A stretch of DNA of 64,000 nucleotides from Paraspadella gotoi. Lineage: Eukaryota > Animalia > Chaetognatha. Shown here piece after piece: positions 12,901-25,379 of the stretch. The notes under the pieces were generated by a model. The model worked only from the letters and a program-made list of their open reading frames with translations, did not search any database and had not been told where the DNA came from. How positions within the stretch are numbered: position 1 is the stretch's first letter; each line of letters begins with the position of its first letter. The stretch spans positions 22,493,808 through 22,557,807 of the forward strand of contig CM119269.1 of NCBI GenBank assembly GCA_051294375.1, written 5' to 3'. The position numbers and the translations under genes were made by a program.

Positions 12901-15900
12901 TTTATTTCTTCCTTTTATCTTTTTTTTTTCCTCTTCTTATCTTCCCATTTTTTTTTCTTTCCCTTTTTTCCTCCCTTTTCTCTCCTCTTTTCCTTTTTTT
13001 CCTTTTTAACTTCCTCCCATTTATCATTTCATCTCCCACCCCCCTTTCTCCCCCCTCCAAGACTCCGACTCCCCGATCTCCTCTTCCTCCTGCGACAATC
13101 TCCGCGACGACGACGCCTCTTCCTCCTCCCGACGTCTCCCCTCCGCCTCTTTCGCCGTCTCCACTTCCGTCTCCATGTCCACTCTGAGCGCCACGCCCTC
13201 TTCCGGCGCCGAGACACGGACAGCGGATCTGAGGACGTCGTCTTCATTCAAGGAGCTGCCCTCTATCGTGGTCGACCGGAACGGTTCGTCGGAGGAAGTC
13301 GTCACCGGAGAATCGACGAAGTTGGGATTGAGACGTCGAGTCAAGACTCTGCCCGTCGTCGACGTGGAAGGTTTTTTTTTGGTTTTGAACTTGAAGAGGC
13401 TTTTTTGTTAATGTTCATTTAATTGATAATTAATTCTTATTAAACTATTTGTAGCTTGTAACGAATTTATAAACAATGGTTATGGATTCATTATAAAAGG
13501 ATTTTTAACTTCTAAAGTTGCTGAATGAATAATTATCAATACTAACCCAAATCACAACAAGATGTAAATAAGATTAAAGTCAAAATCTTAAGGATGCTCT
13601 GCTATAATTATTTCAGTTATTCCTTCCCGTCCCAGAATGCGAGATTCATTTCATGGACGACGTCGACTCAATTTCGCCCGGCGCCCCGGGCGCTGCCGGC
13701 GTCGCAGTTCCAATGCGCCTCGCCGCCGACTCCTCGCGCCAGAGTTTCAACGAAGGGGATTTGCGATCTTCTTCGACTCTCGTCGGCGACGGAGACGGAC
13801 CATTCGGAAGTCGAGACAGCAAGGCGAGTCTTTTTCTCTCTTCTTTTCTTTTCTCTCTCCTTTTCTTGAATGATTATCATCGCATCAATGAATGACTATC
13901 ATCGCNNNNNNNNNNNNNNNNNNNNNNNNNATCAATGAATGACTATCCATCGCATCAATGAACTGACTATCATCCCGATCGAATGCATACGATAAGAATC
14001 GACTAATGCATCGCATCAATGAATGACTATCATCGGCTCAATGAATGACTATCATCGCATCCATGAATGACTATCATTCGCATCAATGAATGACTATCAT
14101 CGCATCAATGAATGACTATATGCATCAATGATACTATCATCGCATCAATGATGACTATCATTGCTTCTATCCTTTGGTTATCTATTCGTATAGTGGGAGG
14201 TGGTCGAGATAAAAATAGGGCGAACAAAATGAGATGAATGCGATTTATTGAAATCAGAAAGCAAATGGAATCGAATTGGCTAAATTGTACAAAGTGGCAT
14301 TCATTTTTATAGTGGCGAGAGAGGAGAAAAATTTGGTTTACATTGTGTAAAGTAAACAATTCTAAAAATACTTCCAAATAAGGGTAACGTTTTGGCGACG
14401 CGCGGTTTGAACAGAGGGAGCAAAATATTTCTTAAGCGGGCATTGGAATTTTTAAAGAATTCGGCCGGCGATTTTTATTTACTTTCTACTAATAATAATA
14501 ATCAGGATCTCCACTCCGGCCACGACAAAGAAAGCCAAATAAATGAGTATCAAAGTAAAGGCAAATAAAATTAAATTAAAAACGGGCCCTTTCTAAAATA
14601 AAAGTACAGCATCACAGTAAACTTTTTTTGGCCAGTTGAAAGCTAAATAAATGCGAAAATATCAAAATGAATTTAATAATAATTTAGGAAATATAACGGG
14701 TAGCGTTGGTAAATCACACATGGAAATTAAAATTACGAAGTTCTGATTAGATGAATCACGAAAGACTCAGTTGTGGTGATGAAGTTGATAGCACCGCATC
14801 GAACACAGTGAACAGCACAAAACGATGAGCACACACATTTGACTTTGAAAAGAGTGATGACGTAAGCATCGTGACGCAGATCCTCTGTGGCGTAGGAGGC
14901 ATAACCAGGGCTATTTCTCCAGTACAGTACGAAGTGACTACTGGTGCATGTTGCCGCAAACGCAAACATGATCCACTGGTCTCAAACATCTCCCATCTCA
15001 CTCGCCGATCCACATGGTCTTTTCGGCGTCCAAAACTTGCCCATAGAACGTGACGCTAGACCGTGCTCAGTGCCTTTGATGCGACGAACGTTCATTGCAA
15101 AAATTGATGTTGTTTTCAAGTGGCAGAGACTTTAACAAGCAGGAGAAACGTTAGTCGCAAATTTCGCATATCCACTCAGTGACACAAAAAAAAAACAACA
15201 AGAAGATTCATCTTTTGCCATTCTCTTTGGTAGGTGTAGATCCCACCATTGAGGTGGACCCACCGCTGCCATCATGGAGGTGGTCGAGATAAAAATGGGA
15301 ACAAAATGAGACTGAATCGATTTATTGAAATCAGAAAAAGCGATGGAATGAATTGGGGGCTAATTGTACAAAGTTGGCATTCCATTTTTATATGGCGAGA
15401 GAGAGAGAAATATTGGTTTACATTTTGTAAAGTAAACAATTCTAGAAAATGACTTCCAATAAGGTAACGTTTTGCGACGCGGCGTTTGAACAGAGGAGCA
15501 AAATATTTCTTAGCGGGCATTGGAATTTTTAAAGAATTCGCGGCCGCATTTTATTACTTTCATTACTAATAATAATAGATCAGGATCTCACATGTATCCA
15601 TCATTTGGTTATCAATCGCATTAATAATTTGGTTATCATCGCATTAATAATTTGGTTATCATCGCATTAATAATTTGTTATCATCGCATCAATCCTATGG
15701 TTATCACGCATCAATAATTTGATTATCATCGCATCAATAATCAATTATTTCTATTACATCAATCAATTATTATTACATAAATAATTCGTTATCGCATCAA
15801 TCATTCTTTTTTTTTAATTTTTTTCATTTATTTTTTTTTGATAGTAACGTCTGGTGAGATCACAATACTTTTAAGATTTTTATAACATGTTCAGTAAGGC

Positions 15901-16292
15901 GGCCAAAATTGATCACTTTTTATCATGAGTTCTGTAATATAAAATTCATTTGTCCATAATATATTAAATCAATATTTATTATCACTTTTTAACTTTCGAT
16001 GAAAAGTGGCCCAAAATAAATCAAAAACAAAAAAAACAAATCAACAATAAAAAAAAAAATTTAATTAATAATAACAAAAAAACCATAAAAACAAACAAAA
16101 AAAAAAAAAAAAAAAAAAACTGAAAAAAAAAAAAACAGAAAAAAAAAAAAAAAAAAAAACACATAAAAAAAACAAAAACAACCAAACAAAAAAAACAAAA
16201 AAAAAAAAATAAAAAAAAAAAAACCAAACAAAAAAAAAAAAAAACAAAAAAGCCAACACAAAAAAAAAAAAAAACTAAAAAAAAAAACCAAA

Positions 16293-16331
<39 letters not shown>

Positions 16332-19300
16332 AAAAAAAACAACCGTTACAAATCACTCCTCAATCATATACCATAATTTTATAGTTCTTTCTTAATTTTA
16401 ACTAATAAAAACTAAAAATTTTGAAATATTGTATTCATAGAGTAATAAAGTATACTTTTTGTACCCATATTCCTTTCTTTCGATTGTTTTGAGAGATTAA
16501 CAAAAGTTGGGATCTTTATTTGATTTTGCAACGAATAAATTTTCGTCCTCGCGGGCACGCATCGGCGCTGCAAAATAAGATCATGAATGACTATCATCGC
16601 ATCAATGAATGACTATCATTGCTTCTATCCTTTGGTTATCATCGTATAGTGGAGGTGGTCGAGATAAAAATGGCGAACAAAATCGTACAATAAAATCGCC
16701 GCGAATTCTTATTAAAAATCGTCCAATGCCCGCTAAGAAAATATTTTTGCTCCCTCCTGTCAAAACGCCGCGCTCGCAAAACGTGACCTTATTGGAAGTA
16801 TTTTTTAGAACTTGTTTACTTTACAAATGTAAAACCAAATTTTTCTCTCTCTCCAGCACATTATTAAAACATGAATGCCACTTTGTACAATAGCCCCAAA
16901 TTCATTCCATCGCTTCTTCTGATTTCAATAAATCGATTCAGTCTCAATTTTTGTTCGCCATTTTTATCTCGACCACCTCCCACCATTGAATGGCAGCGAG
17001 TGGCGTCCCACCTCAATGAGTCGGGATTACACCTACAAAGAGAATGGCAAAAGATGAATTCTTGTTGTTTTTTTTATTGTGATCACTGAGTGGATATGCG
17101 AAAATTTGGATCTAACCGTTTCTACCTGCTTCGTTAAGTCTCTGCAACTGAACAAACAAACATCAATTTTTGCCAATGAACGTCGTCATTCAAACGGCAC
17201 TGAGCACGTCAGCGTACGTTCTATGGCAAGTTTATCTCATCTCTCTTTNNNNNNNNNNNNNNNNNNNNNNNNNNNNNNNNNNNNNNNNNNNNNNNNNNNN
17301 NNNNNNNNNNNNNNNNNNNNNNNNNNNNNNNNNNNNNNNNNNNNNNNNNNNNNNNNNNNNNNNNNNNNNNNNNNNNNNNNNNNNNNNNNNNNNNNNNNNN
17401 NNNNNNNNNNNNNNNNNNNNNNNNNNNNNNNNNNNNNNNNNNNNNNNNNNNNNNNNNNNNNNNNNNNNNNNNNNNNNNNNNNNNNNNNNNNNNNNNNNNN
17501 NNNNNNNNNNNNNNNNNNNNNNNNNNNNNNNNNNNNNNNNNNNNNNNNNNNNNNNNNNNNNNNNNNNNNNNNNNNNNNNNNNNNNNNNNNNNNNNNNNNN
17601 NNNNNNNNNNNNNNNNNNNNNNNNNNNNNNNNNNNNNNNNNNNNNNNNNNNNNNNNNNNNNNNNNNNNNNNNNNNNNNNNNNNNNNNNNNNNNNNNNNNN
17701 NNNNNNNNNNNNNNNNNNNNNNNNNNNNNNNNNNNNNNNNNNNNNNNNNNNNNNNNNNNNNNNNNNNNNNNNNNNNNNACTTTCTTACTAATAATAATAA
17801 TCAGGATCTCCACTGTATCCATCATTTGGTTATCATCGCATTAATAATTTGGTTATCATCGCATTAATAATTTGGTTATCATCGCATTAATAATTTGGTT
17901 ATCATCGCATCAATCCTATGGTTATCATCGCATCAATATTTGATTATCATCGCATCAATAATCAATTATTTCTATTACATCAATCAATTATTATTACATA
18001 AATAATTCGTTATCGCATCAATCATTCTTTTTTTTTTAAATTTTTTCATTTATTTTTTTTTGATAGTAACGTCTGGTGAGATCACAATACTTTTAAGATT
18101 TTTATAACATGTTCAGTAAGGCGGGCCAAAATTGATCACTTTTTATCATGAGTTCTGTAATATAAAATTCATTTGTCCATAATATATTAAATCAATATTT
18201 ATTATCACTTTTTAACTTTCGATGAAAAGTGGCCCAAATAAATCAAAAACCGTTACAAATCATCATCATCATCATACCATAATTTTTNNNNNNNNNNNNN
18301 NNNNNNNNNNNNNNNNNNNNNNNNNNNNNNNNNNNNNNNNNNNNNNNNNNNNNNNNNNNNNNNNNNNNNNNNNNNNNNNNNNNNNNNNNNNNNNNNNNNN
18401 NNNNNNNNNNNNNNNNNNNNNNNNNNNNNNNNNNNNNNNNNNNNNNNNNNNNNNNNNNNNNNNNNNNNNNNNNNNNNNNNNNNNNNNNNNNNNNNNNNNN
18501 NNNNNNNNNNNNNNNNNNNNNNNNNNNNNNNNNNNNNNNNNNNNNNNNNNNNNNNNNNNNNNNNNNNNNNNNNNNNNNNNNNNNNNNNNNNNNNNNNNNN
18601 NNNNNNNNNNNNNNNNNNNNNNNNNNNNNNNNNNNNNNNNNNNNNNNNNNNNNNNNNNNNNNNNNNNNNNNNNNNNNNNNNNNNNNNNNNNNNNNNNNNN
18701 NNNNNNNNNNNNNNNNNNNNNNNNNNNNNNNNNNNNNNNNNNNNNNNNNNNNNNNNNNNNNNNNNNNNNNNNNNNNNNNNNNNNNNNNNNNNNNNNNNNN
18801 NNNNNNNNNNNNNNNNNNNNNNNNNNNNNNNNNNNNNNNNNNNNNNNNNNNNNNNNNNNNNNNNNNNNNNNNNNNNNNNNNNNNNNNNNNNNNNNNNNNN
18901 NNNNNNNNNNNNNNNAAAATTCGTTGCAAAATAAAATCAAACTTTGTTAATGAAATATTGTAATAATATTTTTTATTTATTTTTTTAAGCTCTATCCGAA
19001 TCCGTTTTTAAAGATTCTAAATTAGAAAAATATTTTTTTCATTATTTATAGTAATACGATAAACTTTAAATACTTCTCTGTTATTAACTATACATAAAAT
19101 CTTAAATTTTTTTTTTAATTTCGTTATCCCACAAGGATGCTCTAACGTTATTTATATTACAGAACTCTTAGTTTTTACCTTGTTCCGCCTTAATGTTCAG
19201 TGTTCATTTGTTTTTTTTTCCGTTTCGCCTCCCAGGTGTCGCTCAACGACTCGAGTCACGATGACGACGACGTCGACGAAATCGATGACGACGACGAAGA

Positions 19301-22300
19301 AAACGGAATCGTCACGGATTCGGACGTCGATGCGGCAGACGAAGGTCAGTCAGTCTCTTGGTCTCTCTTTCTTTCTTTTTTCTTTCTTTCTTTATTTTTT
19401 TTTCTCTTTTCTTTCTTTCTCTCTTTTCTTTCTTTCTCTCTTTCTTTCTCTCTTTCTTTCACGCTTCCAATCCCCACCCAGGCACAGAGTGCGGGGTTCG
19501 TCAAACTCGCCTCGTCCGCGTATCCGCTGCGCCCTCTTTCGACGAGAAATTTCAATTCACCATCAAAGACACAAAATCTTTCCTCAATGTAGTCGTTTGG
19601 TGCAGATGTCCGGAGAAGCTTGACAAAGGTGTGAGTGAGAGAGAGAGAGAGCAATATGCAAATTATATGTAAGCGCTTTTAATTAACTTTCCCATCTTAG
19701 CCGGCCGAGTGACGCGTGACGAACGCGACGAACTCTGCGGCCACGCCTCTCTGCGTCTCACCGAGATCGTCATGGAATGTCTCGTTACGAGTCAGGGTCA
19801 GAACCAAGGATAGATATTTCTTATAAATAAACATTAATTTTAACCTAAATATCTTTTATAAATGATAATAGTTATTTCAAATATTTTTTCCCAGGCGATC
19901 ATCAGCAAACTGTGAATCTGACTTGTCCGGAGCCGATCGCGCAAGCCATCAAGAACCCCGGTAAGTTTGCGAGTCGGTGATGTTGTCTTGTAATCCTTGT
20001 CTCCCCGCTCATGTAAGNNNNNNNNNNTTCCTCTTAAATGAGATTGAACATACATTGAACATACCCCCTTATACTCACCCTTCATTCCAGCCTCGGCAGG
20101 CGGCGGCGTCTCCGGTCATCGCGGTCACAATCCTCTCCTCATGGACGGCGACGTCTCCATCGCCTTTCGTCACTCGGCCGGCGACGCGACGGACCGGACG
20201 GCGGCGATGAAAGAGGCAAAGGAAAAGAGGGAAAGGTAGCGGAGGGAAGGACAATGAAAAAGGTTATGACAAAGGTTATCACGACACGATGACAAAGGAG
20301 ATGACAATAATTATTTGAAGGATTGTTTCTTGAGATTGGATGTTGAGGAGAGAGTCACCCACAGACCCCTCTGTGGGTCTTGGATCAGTCTAAGGTCAAA
20401 GGAAGGTCTGCAATTCGTCGGCTTTCACGAGCCCAACCAAGTCCGTCAATGACACCTTCAGTCGTGACCCCGTCCCTCATTGAGTAATACCATCAGCTCA
20501 TGATCATTAGGTGGTGGTATCGATCCCGAATGGCACCTCCCCCTGAATGGCACCTACCCCGCGGGAAGAGCGAGGACGATCCTAAACCGCCTCGGGTGCC
20601 TGGAAAACCCTCAAGCCTGGTTCCAAGCTCAGGAACCATCTGTGGCTGCGAGAGGGGGTTATTTGGCTGCGAGAGGGGGGTTATTTGGCTGCGAGAAGGG
20701 GGTTATTTGGCACCTTATCCACATTTATCTTATTAAGTTAGCGTCAGTCGGTTGTGCGAATAATTGAGATGAGAAAGGTGAACTTGCATATTTGAAGGAT
20801 AATTGAACTATTTGAGCTTCCAAACCGACTAAATAATGCAAATGATAACCGACTAAGTAACTTGAAAAAAATCTTGATAAAAATCTTGATAATCTGGATA
20901 GTTGTACCAAAACACGACAATATGCAAATGCAAATCATGAAATCGTCGTCACACTAATTAGTACTTACTCTGCTGCGAACGTGTTGTTAATTAAGCAATC
21001 ATTACAAATATTTTCAGCTCCAATCGTCCCCCTTGCCCGGAAATTCGCCCAACCGCTTCCGCTGCCTCAGCCGCCGCCGCACCCACCCACTCCTCCCTCT
21101 CCGCTCCCGCTTCGTCTTCTTCGCCCAAACCCGGACGGCGTCGCTATTCCCCCGCCGCTGCATTGACGAAGCTGCGTCCTTACAGCGGCAGCGCCGGACG
21201 CGCGGCCGACGAAGCAGCGTCCGCCGCTTCGGCGCCGCGGGCGACCGACGACGATCTCATGGAATCGAATCATCTTCTCGTTTCCGCCGTCTTCACCACA
21301 GCCACCTATTGTACTTCGTGTCGGAGCAGGATTTGGACGAAGTGCGAAAGCGGAGGGCAGGGGGCGGAGGGGGGGGACACTTGGGTTTAGTAGCGAGTAA
21401 TAGCGAAGGTCAGCAGTTCTGTGATCATGTGAAAATGCGATCACATTACCGAAAAGTTAATGCAGTTTTGTTCCCATTTGTGTAGTCACGTGATTATCTG
21501 GTATTGGAGGTAAAATATTGCTGACCGCAAGTGGACGACGGTTCCTAATATGGAATAAACGGACTACAAACTCATAACGCGTACCAGCCGGCTTATAAAA
21601 TATAACGCTCACTCGGCTGGAATAAAGACTAAAATCCATCAACCGTTCATCGGCGGCCATTGGTGCCGGAGGCAAGTCATTCGCCTCCCAACCCAAAGGT
21701 CCGGGGTTCTGGCCTCTTTCCATTGTGACGCATCTCCTCTTTCCATGCCCTCCCCTTCCAGAAAAGCCTTCCAATGTCGCGCCTGTTCCTCCGTTTGCCA
21801 CAAGAAATGCATCGCCAAATTCCAGTCCGAGTCTGTCTGCCTCAAGGCGGATCTCCGCGCACCGCCAACTTCCGGTCGAGCGGCGCCGCATTCCAGCGGC
21901 GAAAAACCGGCGCCGCCGTCGACGCTCTCGACCTCGCCCAACGCGGGTGAGTACTTTAAATGGGGGGGTCAGTATGGGGTCAGTTCAAACTGACCACTAA
22001 ACCTTCGTCGTCTTAGTAAACTTTTCTTTCCTTTTGTCATCTTCATTTCAAAACTTACCCCCAAACCTTTCCTCCCAATTACCTCCCCCCTGACCTTCCC
22101 CCCCCTCCCGTCCGCACCTCAGCTTCTTTCCATCTCAAATCCCCGATCTCCTTCGGACCCGAGGGTCTCGCCGTCGAAGGCGGCGGCTTCAGCATCAACA
22201 TCCCCAGCCCGAAGTCGCCGTCGACGGAGACCGTCAAGGGTCTCTACGGGAAGGCCATCGCGAGATTCGGCGAGTACTCTTTATTCTCTTCTTTCTTTCC

Positions 22301-24528
22301 CCATTCTTTTCCTTTCTTTATTTAATTAATAGGAATAATAAATAATCTTAATGATTATCCATGTTTAATTGTTTATTCCCCAGCAGGTCCGAGTCCGAAA
22401 GCGTCGCCGACGGAGTCCCCTCGAGGTTCGCCCGACTTCAAACGCAGATTCAAAGACGTCCACGTTTCTGGGAAGGTGTGTGGCCGCCTTTTGTTTCTTT
22501 GTTTCTTTGTTACTTTGTATTAAGGATCGAATTAACGTTCTTTTCAATAGTTTATTTTGTTCTAACGATTGATTTAACTTTTTTTTTTAACATTGTTGGT
22601 TTGTTTATTTGTTCTAATGATCGAAATCGTTATCCCTTGCGAATGTTATTCACGAGTTTCACTTTCTTTTCTCCTTATTATTCTTTCACTCTATCACTTT
22701 CCTTCTTTCACTCTCTTCCTTTTCCTCCTCTTCCTCCTCCTTCTTTCACTCTCCTTCTTTTCCTCCTCTTCCTCCTCCTTCTCTCCACCAATCAGGAGCC
22801 GAGTCCGGGTTATCAAATCCCGTCGTCGTCGTCGTCTTCTTCCGAAGAAAAATTCATGGGCGGCGGAGAAAACGAGGAGGTGAGAAAAGGGAAAGGAGGA
22901 GGAGGAGGGGGAAGAGGTTTGTCATTCATTCATTCCTTCGTACATTCATTCATTCATTTCTTAATACATTCATTTCCCCCACGATTTCCGATGAAAGGTT
23001 CTCTCCAAACTGATGGAGAGATGCGGTTTAGTTTCGAGCAAATCTTCCGACGTTGAGATCGGATCTCACGACGAGGTCGTCGTCTCCATGGCCAAGTCGG
23101 CCGGTAAGTATTTGGCCTATTTGGGTGATTGACTCAAAAATAAATATTTTGGTCGGTTTATCTCCCTCAAATATTCGCCACGATGGCATTTTATATATGT
23201 AGGGGTATTTTAACGGATTAATAACCAAACCTTTGACAATAACAATCTTCAATCAAATATGAGATAGTTTTTCAGAATGAGAAAAATACTACAGCTAAAT
23301 ACTAAATACTACAGCTATAATACTATAATAAAATATTTGAATATTATTAAAAACTAAAGTATTATTAAACCTGGTACTGAGCACTAAATGTACCTGGTAC
23401 TGCTAAAATAGTCAAATAAGATTTCTATGAAAAACCTAGCTAAATATTAGAAAAATAATCTAAATTGTTATAATATTTAAATGAGAATTAAAGAATTCAA
23501 ACTCATTTAAAATGAACCACAAGTTGCTCTGCTACATCCATTCATTTTTATTAAAGGAAAAGAGCTTTTCGCCGAACTCCCGCCCACGGAAAGAAAAGAG
23601 AAACTGGAGGAGATGACATCGAAGCTTCAGTCGGCGATCGACGCCGAGTCGGAGAATCGCGCCGAGTTGGCCAAAGAGTTGAAGCAGGTCGTTGACCCGA
23701 AGGTGGTTAACAGATTGCAAGTCGCCGTGCGCAAGTCAGAGGACAAAATGCAGAGCATGGCCGTTCTCATGCTGCACTATTGTTCAGGTAAGGAAATAGT
23801 CTCTCTCCTCTCCGTCGATCATAATGCTCATAACTGCCCTATAGTTAGTTGCTCATTTGTTAAGAATGGAAAAATCCTCATATCTAAGTGACTGTTAGCG
23901 CCGCCTTCAGTAAATCCTAAAACTTTAAAGAATAAAAGACGGAATTCCGATCTGGTGCGAAACATCGGATGGACCGATCATGTTGTACTTTACGTAAATA
24001 CACTTTATATACTTTGTATACTTTTTTCCAAAATCCCCATCAGGTCTCGCCGACTGTCTCGAGAGTTTCGACAGCGACAAAGAGGTTTCTTCTGATTCTG
24101 AGGAAGAAGAAGAAGAAGACGCTCCCGGATTCTTTGACGCGCCAACGCCTGATGGCGAAGCGCCTGATGGTTTTGTGCCTGACGAGGCTCCATTTGATGG
24201 AGCTGAGTCCGGTAGAGTGGTTCAGAGAGAAAAGGAGAGCGCCATAGAGAAATTTCCCGATTCCCGCGAAGATACCGTCCACGTGGAAACGACTCCAGAT
24301 CCGGTCTTACATCCGGTTGTGGAATTGTCTGAAGATCCGGTCTTACATCCGGTTGTGGAATTGTCTGAAGATCCGGTCGCAGAAGCGGAGCTCCCCCAGA
24401 CGGTGCCATCTCCGGGTCCCTTGGAGCTCCATCCCTGCCAAGCGAAATCCGAGTCGATGAGAGACTCGAGGTCTTCGGGCGCCGAGGAAGTCAGCGAAGC
24501 CGAGGAAGCCCTCGACGTTGATCAATAA
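6030..24528 (+). CDS. PDZD8: PDZ domain-containing protein 8 (ER-organelle tether), multi-exon
   Basis: N-terminal TM (MGVFLLMVASLLAG). SMP domain (ETCFSFNLFAQFLWKELKD / HWMVKKLSVEFKELL / RKRHTLPFYKIRYKPFF). PDZ (GDILISINETKV). C2-like segment (PSFDEKFQFTI..FLNVVVW). C1 finger (H..TYCTSC..IWTKKAFQCRACSSVCHKKC). C-terminal coiled coil (SKLQSAIDAESENR...AVLMLHYCSG). Middle low-complexity exons are less certain and a gap-containing intron interrupts the gene. Confidence 0.9.
6355..6598 (-). mobile_element. tRNA-derived SINE-like element R2, copy 1 (PDZD8 intron 1)
   Basis: Minus strand reads ccggTGGCTCATTGAGtaaagccatcagctCATgaccactaggtaccgGGTTCAATCCCaacccgg (A box, CAT anticodon loop, B box) plus a body shared with 20449-20723. 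Confidence 0.7.
7170..7410. repeat. Intronic dispersed repeat R4
   Basis: Its end (gattggctgaacggtggtggatgtgaggcggtgtgaatatatcgccacaa) recurs inverted at ~27408-27458; the left boundary is estimated from base composition. Confidence 0.55.
10195..10423. repeat. Intronic minisatellite, ~45 bp unit x5
   Basis: Unit cggttgtttctaatct(c)tttcccccc atctctcctatattattcct repeated in tandem. Confidence 0.9.
11966..12768 (+). mobile_element. Non-autonomous DINE-1/HINE (Helentron-associated)-like element R3, copy 1
   Basis: 14 bp subterminal inverted repeat ATCGTCGCAATCGC (11966) / GCGATTGCGACGAT (12739), 5' hairpin, internal CT/CTG microsatellites, T-run flanks; homologous to 34180-35079. Confidence 0.7.
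13870..18950. repeat. Complex repeat block with N gaps: 22-23 bp minisatellites (atcatcgcatcaatgaatgact; ttggttatcatcgcattaataat) plus direct and inverted duplications
   Basis: 14180-14515 ~ 15275-15595; 15050-15545 inverted ~ 16695-17235; 15555-16030 ~ 17780-18250. Copies differ mainly by 1-bp indels. A related satellite lies at 27070-27210. Confidence 0.85.
20449..20723 (+). mobile_element. tRNA-derived SINE-like element R2, copy 2, with 20 bp tandem tail
   Basis: Reverse-complement homologue of 6355-6598; ends in about three copies of ttatttggctgcgagagggggg then caccttatccaca. Confidence 0.7.
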
Positions 24529-25379
24529 TATAAGATATATATTATTTAACTAGTTAACTACAACTATGAAATAACAATTGGGTGGTTTGCAAATGGGGGA
24601 GTCGTCACTTTAAATATAATCGTGGTTATTTGCGCAATATTTCGTTCGCCTTTTACTGTTTTAGTACAAGGTGAGATTCTTTCGTCCCTTTTATCGCGGT
24701 TAGAAATTCTGATATATAACTTGGTGCTTGAAATTTTAAAAGTAACGAAATTCAATTTTGTGATATCGTTCTCCCTTTTTTTTTCTTTTTTTTTAGTTCG
24801 GCGCATCCTTAAATCTTCACGGTGAAACCGAAACGTTCGGTGATGTGAAAAAAAATAATCTGCTTTATAACCCGAGATAAATAAATTAATATTTATTAAT
24901 ATTATTACAATTGATGTGGCCTTACGTGGCTTTCATTGTCTCATCATCCGAAAAGGTTTCTTTTTTTTAGTCCAATGATTCGCGACAAAATGTTTTTTAC
25001 CATTTTCGCAGTCGCTTGTTGTTCTTGACATTTTGACGCTTCTTTGTTGTCAAGAGATCCGATGACTGAACAATTAACAATCACGAAACATTCCCCGATT
25101 ATTTTGATGTAGCATCGCTCAATGAAAACTCATTTATATTACTCGAATGTTCTAATTTATGGCTAAGCTCCTAAATGTTGAAAAAAGATACAAATTTTAT
25201 TTACTACTATTCAGTAAATGTTACGTATTATCAAATATATATATACCCTTAAGGTACTTATGCTTGACTTAGCTTTCTCCTTTTTTTCATTTTTCAGGTC
25301 GAAGTACATATAGGGGAAAATAAACCAAGAAAAAAAATATTTCGAAGCTTCTTCTGCCATCTCATCTTGATGACCCAGG

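Noticed and set aside
12597-13422. Long Phe/Leu-rich ORFs
   Set aside because: Translation of T/C-rich intronic low-complexity sequence running into a PDZD8 exon.
13870-14160. 22 bp repeats superficially resembling a CRISPR array
   Set aside because: Head-to-tail with no unique spacers, in a eukaryotic intron next to an N gap: a minisatellite.
14733-15135. Short Cys-containing ORFs within the repeat block
   Set aside because: Possibly a transposon fragment, but no diagnostic motif and the sequence quality is poor.
16021-16345. 320 bp A-rich run and the Phe-rich ORFs on it
   Set aside because: The duplicate copy at ~18240 has only aaaaac at this position; most likely a long-read homopolymer artefact, not coding.
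15050-17235. Large inverted duplication suggesting a foldback element
   Set aside because: Noisy indel-rich copies adjacent to gaps; cannot be separated from misassembly or a read-through adapter artefact.
17079-18950. Long ORFs of X residues
   Set aside because: Artefacts of N gaps.
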